This document shows, piece by piece, positions 10,407 through 20,074 of a DNA stretch of 64,000 nucleotides (positions are counted from its first letter, which is position 1; every line of letters starts with the position of its first letter). This DNA is from Candidatus Latescibacterota bacterium (lineage in GTDB: Bacteria; Latescibacterota; UBA2968). A program made the translations under genes and the position numbers. The notes under the pieces are model-generated. The model ran no database searches and had not been told where the DNA came from. It was given only the letters and a program-made list of their open reading frames with translations. The stretch covers positions 2,850,551 to 2,914,550 of the forward strand of contig OZ220741.1 in assembly GCA_965116885.1 (NCBI GenBank), in the 5' to 3' direction.

Positions 10407-13400
10407 TCAATCGTCATCTGCGGGTTGTGCCACGGCCTCGGTGAACGAGTCAACACTATTGACCTGGTTTTTGCTGTCGCTGGATATTTTGACGGAAACG
10501 AGCCTGGAAACACCGGGTTCTTCCATGGTCACGCCGTGCAGGGTTTCGCCAGATTCCATTGTCCCTTTGTTGTGGGTGACAACGATGAATTGCGATTGTT
10601 TGGCAAATTTTTGGATGACTTTTACAAAACGCGCGATATTGGCATCATCGAGAGGTGCATCGACCTCATCGAGGACACAAAATGGACTGGGTTTGACCAG
10701 ATAAATTGCAAAGAGAAGGGCGATGGCCGTCAGCGCGCGTTCGCCGCCCGAAAGCAGGTTGATGCTCTGAAGGCGTTTGCCCCAGGGCCGGGCTGTGATG
10801 ATGATGGGGGCTTCGAGAGGATCTTCTTCGGGCGGCATGGTCAGGTCGGCTTCGCCGCCTTCAAAAAATTCCTGGAATGTATTCTGGAAGTTTTCTCGAA
10901 TGCGGCCAAAGGTATTGAGAAAGCGCTGGCGCGCCGTGCGGTCGATGCGCGTGATGGTGCGCTTGACGATTTCTTCGGCCTCCAGAAGGTCGTCGCGTTG
11001 ATGCGTGAGAAATTCAAGCCGTTCTTTTTGAACTTCGTACTCTTCGAGTGCCGCCAGGTTGACAGACCCCATGCGCCGCATACGCTCTTGTAGTTCGTGG
11101 GTCTTTTTTTCTGCCATATCCACATTAAATTCGGGATCCTGAAAACGCCCCTGTTCGGCAATATCGACTTCGTAATCGCGTTTGAGACGTTCGATGATCC
11201 CTTCACCGCGCTCTTTGATGTGCGCCATGGCGACTTGAATTTCGCTCAAACGCTCGCGGTGTTGTGTTGTGCGGCGATTTTTTTCGCGCAACTTTTCTTC
11301 AATGGCGCGCGCGGCCATCACGATTTCGTGTTGTCTGTGCGCTTGTGCATCGCGTTTGTGCTCAATGCGGGATTGTTGCTTGTGCAGGACTTCCAGTTCG
11401 CCCGATGCTGTTCCGATGCTTTCTTCGCGTTCGTGTTTGCGTTTTTGGCTTTCATCGGCCTCGCCGGACAATCGCTCGATTTCGCGGGCGATGGATTCAT
11501 GCTCGCGGCCCTGACGCACGGCTTCGTGTGCGAGGCTTTCGATGCGTTCTTTCAAAGAAGCGATTTCCACGCGCACAGCGGCGACGCCATCTTGAAGTAC
11601 GCGCCGCTGGTGTTCTTTTTTTCGCAAGTCTTCATCGGCACGGCGAACCACATCTTCGAGGGTCTCTCGTTTGGTGTCGAGCTTTGTTTGCGCCTCCTCT
11701 GCCTGGGAAATCAAATGCTTCAATTCGCTTTCTCGCTGTGCGAGTTGTGCAGTCTCCTGGTCGAGTTCTGTTACAGCCCGAGCCTGGCGTTTGGCTTCTG
11801 TTTCAGCGTTTTGTCGATCTCTTTGAAGGCCCGCACGGCGGTTGTGCAAATCGGCCAATGCGTTATCGCAGACTTCGATTTGCGCGAGGTGTTTGTCGAG
11901 TGTTTCGAGCGTTCGTGCCAGTTGTTTTTCGCACTTTGTGAGTGCGGTTTGGGCGGATTTTATGGCCGTTTGGAGGTCGTCAATTTGTTGCTGCCGACCA
12001 ATGAGGCCCGATTCTGAGGTTGCATCTGCACCGCCATATACCGTGCCATCTGCGGAAAAAACTTCGCCGCTGAGTGTCACAATTTCAACGCCTCTGTCAT
12101 GCATGGCACCACTGTGAACAATCGCGGTTTGTACATCGCTTACAATCAGGGTATGGCGCAACAGCGCAGACACGGCACCGTGTATATCGCGCTGTGGGTT
12201 TAACAAATCGCTTGCCAGCCCGACAATCCCCTCTCCTTTGGGTAATTCGCAAAGCGTGCCATTGGTGGAGATGATGCGTTCGAGTGGCAATAATGCAGCA
12301 GCACCATGCTCTCCTTGTCGGAGAAAATCAATGGCCCAACGCGCGTCGTCGGTATTGCTAACGATCAGACATTCCAATGCCCGCCCCAGCGCGGCTTCGA
12401 TGGCGGTGACATATTCGGGCTCAACATCGACCATGTCGGCGACAACGCCCTGTATGCGATTGGAAAAAGGCGAATCCACAGCCAGGGCGCGCACGCCTTT
12501 GGAATAGCCTTCAAAGCCTTCTCTCAGTTTTTGGAGGAGGGTGACTCGCGCCTGATCAGCTTCTATATTTGCGCGCAAGCGGTTGCGCGATTCGATCTGT
12601 TCGTCTCGTTGGGCAATGCAGCGATCTCGACCCGCGATCTGTTGTTGTCGTTCTTCGGTGTGTTGGGCGATTTGACTTTCAACTTCGGCGATTTGTTTTG
12701 CGGACTGATTAGCCGTTTCGTCAGCCTCCTGGCGGCGTGCAGCCACGCGTTCAATATCCCGGGTTAAACGCGCCTGTCGCTGGGCGATGCCTTCTTGCTC
12801 GGCCTGCATGCGCTCGAGGGCTTTGCCCTGATCGCTATTTTGGCGCAACAGGTTCATCAACTGAGATTTTTGGGCATCGACTTGTGTGCGCTGTGTATCC
12901 AAATCCTGGATTTCGGCTTCGAGTTCGGTGGTTTCGGCTTCGAGTTTTGCTTCTCCATCTTCGAGTTGCTCGGTGGCTTTTTGCCTGTCTTGCTCGGCGG
13001 CTTTTTGGCCTTTTTGAGCGCTGTCAAGACGTAACTTGAGCGATTTTTGCTGCTGCTCAGCGCGTTCTAAAAATGCCTGAATGCTGCGTATCTCTTCGCG
13101 TGCAACGAGTATTTCGCTGTCTTTGCTGTGTACGCGCTCGACGTGTTGCGATAGCTCGATATTGGCCTCGGCCAGTGCGCGATCCTGGTCGGTTAGTTCG
13201 ACGCGCATTTCTTCGAGTTGGGCCTCGAGGGTGGTCATGTCGGTTTCTGAAATTTCGATGTCTTCTTTGAGGAAGACCATTTCTTCGCGCAGCGGCCCAG
13301 ATTGGTCAGCAAGGTCGAAGTATTGGAACCGCGCCAGTTTGATTTCGAGGTCGCGCAATTCATCCGATAGTGTTTTATAGAGCCTTGCTTTGCGCTCTTG

Positions 13401-14021
13401 CCGTTGTAGCGATGCGACCTGGCGTTGGATTTCTCCGAGCCAGTCTTCCATTCGCTGCAGGTCTTGTTGCACGGCGATGAGCCGATTCCACGCAGATCGT
13501 CGTCGGATTTTATACCGCGTTACACCGGCGGCTTCTTCAAAGCTCCGGCGGCGTTCTTCGGCGTTGTCACTGATGATCTCATCCACCATGCCCTGTTCGA
13601 TAACATAGGAAGACTGTGTGCCCAGCCCGGTGTCCATCAGCAAGTTTTGAATGTCTTTCAGGCGACACGGAATTTTATTGAGCAGGTAGTCGCTTTCGCC
13701 GGATCGAAACAATCGGCGGGTAATGGTGACTTCGGAAAATTCGGTGGGCAAAACTTTTTGTGAATTATCGAGTGTGAGCGATACTTCGGCCATACCGAGG
13801 GGTTTGCGCGAGCGCGTACCGGAAAAAATTACGTCTCCCATACTGCCGCTACGCAAAGATCGGGGGCGCTGTTCGCCCAGTGCCCAGCGCAGCGCATCGA
13901 CCACATTGGACTTGCCACAACCATTTGGTCCTACAACACAGGTAATACCTTTTGGCAAGGGCATGTCGAGTTTTTGTGCAAAGGACTTAAAACCCAGTGC
14001 TTGCAAACGAGTCAGGTACAA
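10407..14021 (-). CDS. smc: Chromosome segregation protein SMC
   Basis: GFKSF, Walker A GPNGCGKSN, coiled coils and hinge, LSGGE signature, LDEVDAPLD; TTG start with AGGAGG RBS. Confidence 0.97.
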   Translation of the reverse strand: MYLTRLQALGFKSFAQKLDMPLPKGITCVVGPNGCGKSNVVDALRWALGEQRPRSLRSGSMGDVIFSGTRSRKPLGMAEVSLTLDNSQKVLPTEFSEVTITRRLFRSGESDYLLNKIPCRLKDIQNLLMDTGLGTQSSYVIEQGMVDEIISDNAEERRRSFEEAAGVTRYKIRRRSAWNRLIAVQQDLQRMEDWLGEIQRQVASLQRQERKARLYKTLSDELRDLEIKLARFQYFDLADQSGPLREEMVFLKEDIEISETDMTTLEAQLEEMRVELTDQDRALAEANIELSQHVERVHSKDSEILVAREEIRSIQAFLERAEQQQKSLKLRLDSAQKGQKAAEQDRQKATEQLEDGEAKLEAETTELEAEIQDLDTQRTQVDAQKSQLMNLLRQNSDQGKALERMQAEQEGIAQRQARLTRDIERVAARRQEADETANQSAKQIAEVESQIAQHTEERQQQIAGRDRCIAQRDEQIESRNRLRANIEADQARVTLLQKLREGFEGYSKGVRALAVDSPFSNRIQGVVADMVDVEPEYVTAIEAALGRALECLIVSNTDDARWAIDFLRQGEHGAAALLPLERIISTNGTLCELPKGEGIVGLASDLLNPQRDIHGAVSALLRHTLIVSDVQTAIVHSGAMHDRGVEIVTLSGEVFSADGTVYGGADATSESGLIGRQQQIDDLQTAIKSAQTALTKCEKQLARTLETLDKHLAQIEVCDNALADLHNRRAGLQRDRQNAETEAKRQARAVTELDQETAQLAQRESELKHLISQAEEAQTKLDTKRETLEDVVRRADEDLRKKEHQRRVLQDGVAAVRVEIASLKERIESLAHEAVRQGREHESIAREIERLSGEADESQKRKHEREESIGTASGELEVLHKQQSRIEHKRDAQAHRQHEIVMAARAIEEKLREKNRRTTQHRERLSEIQVAMAHIKERGEGIIERLKRDYEVDIAEQGRFQDPEFNVDMAEKKTHELQERMRRMGSVNLAALEEYEVQKERLEFLTHQRDDLLEAEEIVKRTITRIDRTARQRFLNTFGRIRENFQNTFQEFFEGGEADLTMPPEEDPLEAPIIITARPWGKRLQSINLLSGGERALTAIALLFAIYLVKPSPFCVLDEVDAPLDDANIARFVKVIQKFAKQSQFIVVTHNKGTMESGETLHGVTMEEPGVSRLVSVKISSDSKNQVNSVDSFTEAVAQPADDD

Positions 14022-14340
14022 TGAAAACCTCCTACTCGAATCTTTTTAAGAACATAAGGTGCGAAAAAACAAGGGAATATGGTAATAAAAGTCAGGGCAT
14101 CTGTGTATCAAAACCCGATGGGGAAAATAGGGGATACACTTTGGACTGCATTTATACACAGCAATCTGGGGAGATTTGGGGGACTACATTTTGTGGAGGG
14201 GAAGGTTGTTATCTGTCGCTATAATACTATATCTTGTGGCAGTCGTCAAGGGTAAAAAATGGTCGTTGGATCGACGCAATGTTAGGGGATGGAGTCCCTG
14301 TACCTGCCCGTTGAGATGTTAGGGTGGGGTTCTTTGGCGA

Positions 14341-14369
14341 TTGACATTATATCGGGGGCAGTCTAATTT
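14341..14369 (+). promoter_or_regulatory. Putative sigma70 promoter of the 14421-19960 gene run
   Basis: TTGACA, 17 bp spacer, TAATTT. Confidence 0.5.
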
Positions 14370-14420
14370 AGGCATGGCGTTTCGGACCTGTGCAACACTT
14401 TCACAGAATGGGAGTTTTTT

Positions 14421-15548
14421 ATGCTGAGTTTACACGGTGAAAAAATTGTTCGAATTGAAAAAGTGATTATGAAATTTAAGCGTCCCCGCCTGATCGGGCG
14501 CAATGCGCGGATTGGCGTTCACGGAGATATGGTGACGGATCCCGTGGTTCGCATCCACACAAATAGTGGTGCTGTTGGCGTTGGGTGGTCGCGGTTGAGA
14601 CAGGAAGAAGCCGAATCATTGGTGGGCAAAAGCATTGGGGATGTGTTCCAGTTGCCGGGGGGATCAAACGAAGTTGGAACGGCGATTGATTTGCCTTTGT
14701 GGGATCTGGCGGCCAAATTATCGGATCAGCCGTTGTACAAACTTTTAGGTGCTCGGGGATCTCGGGCGGTCGAGTTGTACGATGGCTCGGTTTATATCGA
14801 CGATCTGGATGCTTCGGATGAGGAGGCTGTGGAGATATTCCGGGACGAAGTGAAGACCGGGCACGATTATGGGTATAAAAATTTTAAAATTAAAATTGGT
14901 CGCGGCGCGCGCTGGATGCCCGTTACAGAGGGTACGGATCGGGATGTGCTGGTTATTCACAGTGTTCGGGAAGCCGCTGGCGCAGATGCGAAGATACTCG
15001 TCGATGCGAATAATGGCACGACGCTCAATATTGCAAAAGATATTCTCGAGCGCTGTGAAGATGTGGGGATTTACTGGTTTGAAGAACCGTTTCCAGAAGA
15101 TAGGGCTTTTAACGAGGATTTTAAGCAGTTTATCGTTGAGAAAGGATACGATACGCTCGTCGCTGATGGGGAATCGGGTCCTCCGCCACCCAGCTATTTT
15201 GATATGGTCAAAAAGGGATGGATCGATGTGGTGCAACACGATTTTCGCGCTAAGGGTCTTACGTGGTGGCGCGAGACTGCCGCGATGATCGAACCGTGGG
15301 GAGGCCAATGTGCGCCTCATTGCTGGGGCAGCTTGATCGAGCGCTATGCCCACGCGCATTTTGCCGCTTCGGTCCCCCATTTTTCTCTTCAAGAAGCCGC
15401 TCCCGCAGATATGCCGGGCATTGTGCTGGATGGCTGGACGATGCAGGACGGATGTTTGATGGTGCCAGATACGCCGGGCACGGGGTTTGACCTCGAGGCA
15501 GATGTGATTGAAGAGGGCGTGAAGTGGGAAGATGGGTTCAGGGTGTAA
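14421..15548 (+). CDS. Enolase superfamily (mandelate racemase / muconate lactonizing) protein
   Basis: DLPLWDLAAK, KIKIG, VDAN, EEPF, DGE metal ligands, terminal PGTGFD. Confidence 0.88.
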   Translation: MLSLHGEKIVRIEKVIMKFKRPRLIGRNARIGVHGDMVTDPVVRIHTNSGAVGVGWSRLRQEEAESLVGKSIGDVFQLPGGSNEVGTAIDLPLWDLAAKLSDQPLYKLLGARGSRAVELYDGSVYIDDLDASDEEAVEIFRDEVKTGHDYGYKNFKIKIGRGARWMPVTEGTDRDVLVIHSVREAAGADAKILVDANNGTTLNIAKDILERCEDVGIYWFEEPFPEDRAFNEDFKQFIVEKGYDTLVADGESGPPPPSYFDMVKKGWIDVVQHDFRAKGLTWWRETAAMIEPWGGQCAPHCWGSLIERYAHAHFAASVPHFSLQEAAPADMPGIVLDGWTMQDGCLMVPDTPGTGFDLEADVIEEGVKWEDGFRV

Positions 15549-15561
15549 TGGAGATAATAAT

Positions 15562-16599
15562 ATGGATATGACATTTCCTGGCGCAGAATGGGAGACGAGA
15601 CCGCCCGGTGATCTCGGCTTTGACGCGGAGAAGCTCGCGCGGGTGCAGAGGTGGTTGCGCGAGGTGGCGGATGACAGGTCCTTTCAGGTGGGGATTGCGC
15701 GTTATGGGTATCTCACTGCAGAGTGGCGGCAAGGTGTTGCGGCTGATTCTTCGCACTCACAGGCGTCTGCCGCTAAGTCGTATTATTCGACGCTTCTGGG
15801 TATTATAGTGGCGAAGGGCAAGCTATCTTCGCCGGATGAAAGAGTCGTCGATTACTATCCTGAGATGATGGATGTGGGCGAGCAGGAGGGTCCAAAGCCC
15901 GGGCGGTATGCGTTTGAGAAAGATCGCGATATTACCTTTCGGCATTTGATATGCAATGTGTCGGGTTATATGAAGCCGGGGGAGAAACCGGGCGAGGTTT
16001 TTCACTATCAGACTTATGGGATGAATATTCTGACCCATGCAATGGCTAAAATTTATGGGTGTTACGATGCAGATGATCCCGAGGGTTTGCCGGGATGTGG
16101 GAAGGTGATCGAAGAAAAGTTACGCGATCCCATTGGCGGGACCTGGACGCATTCGCATTCCAATTTTGATCTGTGGCCCAGTGCGCGGTTAAATATCTTC
16201 GGGTATTACACGCAGGTGCATACCACATTGCGCGATCAACTGCGGGTGGGGCATTTGTGGGGCAATTACGGCAATTGGAATGGGGTTCAGGTTGCGCCGG
16301 AAAGTTATTTGCGCGAGGCAACGGTGACGAATGATTTTATTCTGGAAAACGAACCTGAAGAGAATTGGAAATACGGTCACGGATTCTGGTGCAATGATCG
16401 CGGGATGCAGTGGGCAGATGCACCGAGGGATTCTTTTGCCGCATCGGGCGCTGGTGCGAAGCATATATGGATGTGCCCGCGATTGGGTTTGGTCATTGCG
16501 CAAAATCCAGGTCTGTGGGATCAGTTCAGGGAAGAGCAGGATAAGGTCGGGAGCCAGAATGAGGTGATTGCGCGAGTTGTGAATGCGGTAAAGGAATAG
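15562..16599 (+). CDS. Serine hydrolase, beta-lactamase (AmpC-like) family
   Basis: SAAK (SxxK), ITFRHL, PGEVFHY, YGHGFW, ASGAG. Confidence 0.85.
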   Translation: MDMTFPGAEWETRPPGDLGFDAEKLARVQRWLREVADDRSFQVGIARYGYLTAEWRQGVAADSSHSQASAAKSYYSTLLGIIVAKGKLSSPDERVVDYYPEMMDVGEQEGPKPGRYAFEKDRDITFRHLICNVSGYMKPGEKPGEVFHYQTYGMNILTHAMAKIYGCYDADDPEGLPGCGKVIEEKLRDPIGGTWTHSHSNFDLWPSARLNIFGYYTQVHTTLRDQLRVGHLWGNYGNWNGVQVAPESYLREATVTNDFILENEPEENWKYGHGFWCNDRGMQWADAPRDSFAASGAGAKHIWMCPRLGLVIAQNPGLWDQFREEQDKVGSQNEVIARVVNAVKE

Positions 16600-16612
16600 G
16601 GAGGATATATAG

Positions 16613-17935
16613 ATGGATGCAAAAACCAAAAAATTGCAGGTGGATCAGGCTGTGAAATCGCAGTCGCGGCGGGCGTTTAAGCTGTCGCGGCGTATTCACG
16701 GCTGGGCAGAGCGGCCGTTTCGGGAATACGAGTCGTCGAAGGCGTTGGCGGCGTATTTGGAGGAGAACGGATTTCAAATTGAATTTCCGTGGAAAAATAT
16801 CCCGACGGCTTTTCGCGCTATATGGGGCACGGGCAAACCCTCTATTGGCATGTTGGGGGAGTACGACGCATTGCCCAATTGCGGTGCCGAGGAGGGCACC
16901 TGGGGCCACGGCTGAGGTCATAATCTTTTGGGCGTTGCCCCGGCCGCAGGTGCGGTTGCTGCAAAGACAGTATTGGAAAATTTGAAATCATCCGGCCAGA
17001 TTATTTATTACGGCTGTCCGGCCGAAGAGACGCTGGCGGGTAAGGTGTATATGGCCCGCGATGGCGCGTTTCGAGATCTGGATGCGGTGCTGGCATGGCA
17101 TCCGGGATCGGGTACAGGTGTTAGCAATTATGGCGGTTCGTCGCTGGATTCTCTGGTGTATGAGTTTTTTGGCAAGACGTCTCACGGCGCGAGTGCTCAC
17201 AATGGGCGCAGTGCATTGGACGGGGTGATGTTGATGGATGTTGCGGCGAATTATTTGCGCGAGCACGTTCCCGAAAATGTGCGTATCCACTGCGTGATTC
17301 GGGATGGCGGGGATGCGCCCAATGTGGTGCCGGCTTATGCGAAGGTGTGGTACTATGTGCGGGGGAAGGATCGCGAACAGGTGAATAAAGTACGCAAGCG
17401 ATTGACCAAATGCGCCAAAGGTGCGGCGATGGCCACGGAAACGACTATGAAATGGCATCGTATCACGGCTGTGTACCCGCGTTTGCCAAATGATGTGATG
17501 TGCGAAACTGTGCGTCAAAATCTCGAATTATTCGGTCCGCCGCGTGCTTCTAAAAAAGATAAGGAACGCGTAAAGGAATTGGGATACAAAGGTGAATTTG
17601 ACGGGAAGATCAAAAAGGGGAAGGGTTCACAGGGGCGCGGGTCTTCGGATGAAGATAATGTGTCATGGCTGGCACCGATGGGGCGGTTTCAGATGGTGTG
17701 TTATACAAAGGGCACGCCGGGTCATCACCGCGATACGACCGCACAGGCAGTAATGCCTTTTGCCGAGCGCGCGATTTTGCAAACGGCCAAGGTGTTTGCG
17801 GGGTCGGCTCTTGATCTGATTTTGGACAACAAGGTGTTGCAAGCAGCGCGTGCGGAATTTAAGAAGGGAACAAAGGAGTTTGAGTACGATCCGCTGATTC
17901 CGAAGCGCCAGAAGGTTCCCGTGGATCCTCCATAG
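16613..17935 (+). CDS. M20 amidohydrolase (AbgB-like), 440 aa read through an in-frame TGA at 16913-16915; probable selenoprotein (U101)
   Basis: ORFs 16613-16915 and 16928-17935 are in the same frame. Joined translation reads EYDALP...WGHG*GHNLLG (family consensus GHGCGHNLLG), with intact CPAEE, WHP, GRSALD, NVVP, GSSD..VSW and PGH motifs. Confidence 0.85.
16942..16957 (+). promoter_or_regulatory. Putative bacterial SECIS hairpin
   Basis: GGCCGC-AGGT-GCGGTT stem-loop; the loop begins 32 nt after the TGA and has G at loop position 2. Confidence 0.65.
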
Positions 17936-17948
17936 AAGGAGATGAGAT

Positions 17949-18941
17949 TTGAAAACACAAAGATTAATATGCACAGATGTCCGGCGGATTGAATTAGAGG
18001 ACGTTGATTTGCCGCGTGTGCCAGACAATGGCATTTTGGTGCAGAATGATTATACTGCCGTGAGTGTGGGTACGGAAATTTACAATTATGCACACGGGGG
18101 TGAACCGTCGCGTGCGAGGACATTTCCGCGGCCAACGGGATATTGCAATACGGGTGTGGTGCTCGAGGTGGGCAAAGATGTGAAGGGGATAGAACCCGGT
18201 GATCGCATTGCTGCGCAGGGCAATCACGCCAGTCATGCCGTTTTGAGCGGGAATTTTCTCAAGACTCCCGAAGGTGTTTCGCCCAGGTCCGCGGCTTTTA
18301 TGGTTATGTGTGCGATTGCCATGCACGGGCATCGGGTTGGACGTCCGGAGTTGGGCGAGGTTGTTGCAATTACCGGTATGGGTATTGTGGGCCAGTTAGC
18401 AGCGACCTTTGCGCGGTTGGCTGGCGCGCTTCCGGTTATTGCGATTGATCTGGATGATTTTCGGTTGGGTAAGGCGAGAGATCGGGGGGCAGATGTTTGT
18501 GTCAATCCCAGTACTACAGAGGATGTCGCCGAGGTGGTGCGCGAGCATTGCGTGGGCGATGGTGTCGATCTGGTTATTGAAGCAACGGGTATTCCAGCGG
18601 TTTATCCCATGGCGCTGACTTTACCCCGGTTGGGTGGCCGTCTGGTCGCGTTGGGGTCTCCGCGCGGTACCGTAGAAGTGAGTTTTTTGCCCGAGGTTCA
18701 CTTGCGCGAGATCACAATTCTGGGCGCACATCAGCCCAAGACGCCGGATAATGACCATATTTATTATCCGTGGAGCAAGCACAGAGATCGCGAGCTAATT
18801 TTGCGTTTGATGGCTGCGGGCAAGTTGCCCATCGAAGATTTGATTACCCATGTTGTCAATCCCGTCGATTGTCAGGCTACCTACGACATGCTCGCCGATA
18901 ATCCCAGAGAAGCGTTAGGCGTGGTATTTGAGTGGAGGTGA
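17949..18941 (+). CDS. Medium-chain dehydrogenase/reductase (zinc-binding alcohol dehydrogenase family)
   Basis: AVSVGTE, GMGIVGQ Rossmann motif, GVDLVIEATG, LITH; TTG start. Confidence 0.88.
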   Translation: MKTQRLICTDVRRIELEDVDLPRVPDNGILVQNDYTAVSVGTEIYNYAHGGEPSRARTFPRPTGYCNTGVVLEVGKDVKGIEPGDRIAAQGNHASHAVLSGNFLKTPEGVSPRSAAFMVMCAIAMHGHRVGRPELGEVVAITGMGIVGQLAATFARLAGALPVIAIDLDDFRLGKARDRGADVCVNPSTTEDVAEVVREHCVGDGVDLVIEATGIPAVYPMALTLPRLGGRLVALGSPRGTVEVSFLPEVHLREITILGAHQPKTPDNDHIYYPWSKHRDRELILRLMAAGKLPIEDLITHVVNPVDCQATYDMLADNPREALGVVFEWR

Positions 18942-18991
18942 TCTCGCCTGCTAAAATAAAATCCCTGTCAGAACCATAGAGGAGATCGAAT

Positions 18992-19960
18992 ATGAGACAC
19001 CACTCTTTTGGAAATCGTGCTGCTGTAAAGGTTTTCGGATTCTATCTTCTTTTATTTTTCTCATTCTCTTTCTTTGCTAATATCGGGAAAGTTTTCGCAC
19101 AAGTCTCACAAAGCAGAGGTTTGGCTTCACAGATGTCAGAGAGAGCAACCATTAAAAATTACAAGTACGGCCCCCATGAGCGGAACGTATTTGATTTTTA
19201 TCCGGCACAATCAGACGAACCCACCCCTGTTGCTGTGTATATTCACGGCGGCGGTTTCAGAAACGGCAGCAAGGACGGGATTAATAATAAGACGTTGAAA
19301 GCTTTATTAGATGCGGGCATTTCTGTCGCGGCTTTTAACTATCGCTATGTCCAGCAGGCTCCTTTGCCTGCTGCGCACTACGATTGTCGCCGAGCGCTTC
19401 AGCTTCTGCGTTCCAAAGCCACCGCATGGAACATCGATAAAAATCGGATCGGTGCATTTGGCGGATCGGCCGGAGCACAAATTTGCATGTATCTTGCTTT
19501 TCACGAAGACATGGCCCGTCCAGACAGCGATGATCCAATCGAACGCGAATCTACCAGACTTCAGGCCGTGGCCACATCTGGCGGTCAGACCACGATGGAC
19601 GTTGCCTGGTGGAAGCAGAATATTCCCGGGTACGACGAATCCCATCGAGATTTTTATCAGACATTGGGCGCAACGACCCAGGAAGAATATCAGAATCGCG
19701 TAAGCGAGATTTCGGCACTTGATTTGGTATCAAAGGACGATCCCGCTATTTATATGAGCTATAGAATGTCACCGGAAGACCCTGTGCCAGGAGGACAGAC
19801 TGCTCGTGGTTGGAAAGTGCATCATGTGCAGTTTGGTGTTGCTTTAAAAGAAAAAATGGCAGCGCTTGGTATAGAATCTGATCTGGTTTATCCAGGTTCA
19901 AAAAACAAATATCAAAGCAATGTTTACTACTTTATCTCAATGTTAAAAAATAGAAAATAG
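18992..19960 (+). CDS. Secreted alpha/beta hydrolase (esterase, BD-FAE-like)
   Basis: N-terminal hydrophobic segment, IHGGGF, NYR, GGSAG nucleophile elbow. Confidence 0.85.
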   Translation: MRHHSFGNRAAVKVFGFYLLLFFSFSFFANIGKVFAQVSQSRGLASQMSERATIKNYKYGPHERNVFDFYPAQSDEPTPVAVYIHGGGFRNGSKDGINNKTLKALLDAGISVAAFNYRYVQQAPLPAAHYDCRRALQLLRSKATAWNIDKNRIGAFGGSAGAQICMYLAFHEDMARPDSDDPIERESTRLQAVATSGGQTTMDVAWWKQNIPGYDESHRDFYQTLGATTQEEYQNRVSEISALDLVSKDDPAIYMSYRMSPEDPVPGGQTARGWKVHHVQFGVALKEKMAALGIESDLVYPGSKNKYQSNVYYFISMLKNRK

Positions 19961-20074
19961 ACGAGTTTGAGGCACCAGTTTGGGCCTTTTTTCTTTGACA
20001 AGTCGATTTTGGGGCGCAATTATAGGGGCGTAAAAATGCAGATCTACTGTTCAAAATATTTTACGAGGTGATCA

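Noticed and set aside
10407-14021. SMC as a Wadjet or Lamassu defence component
   Set aside because: Canonical housekeeping SMC with hinge; no jet or lmu partner genes.
14022-14420. tRNA, ncRNA or small ORF in the divergent intergenic region
   Set aside because: No cloverleaf or known RNA motif recognised; explained by two divergent promoters.
16613-17935. Two separate genes, or genome-wide TGA reassignment (code 4 or 25)
   Set aside because: The halves are one M20 domain in one frame. TGA ends gltB, smc and others at expected positions, and no other gene here needs readthrough. A pseudogene remains possible but is less likely given the position and the hairpin.
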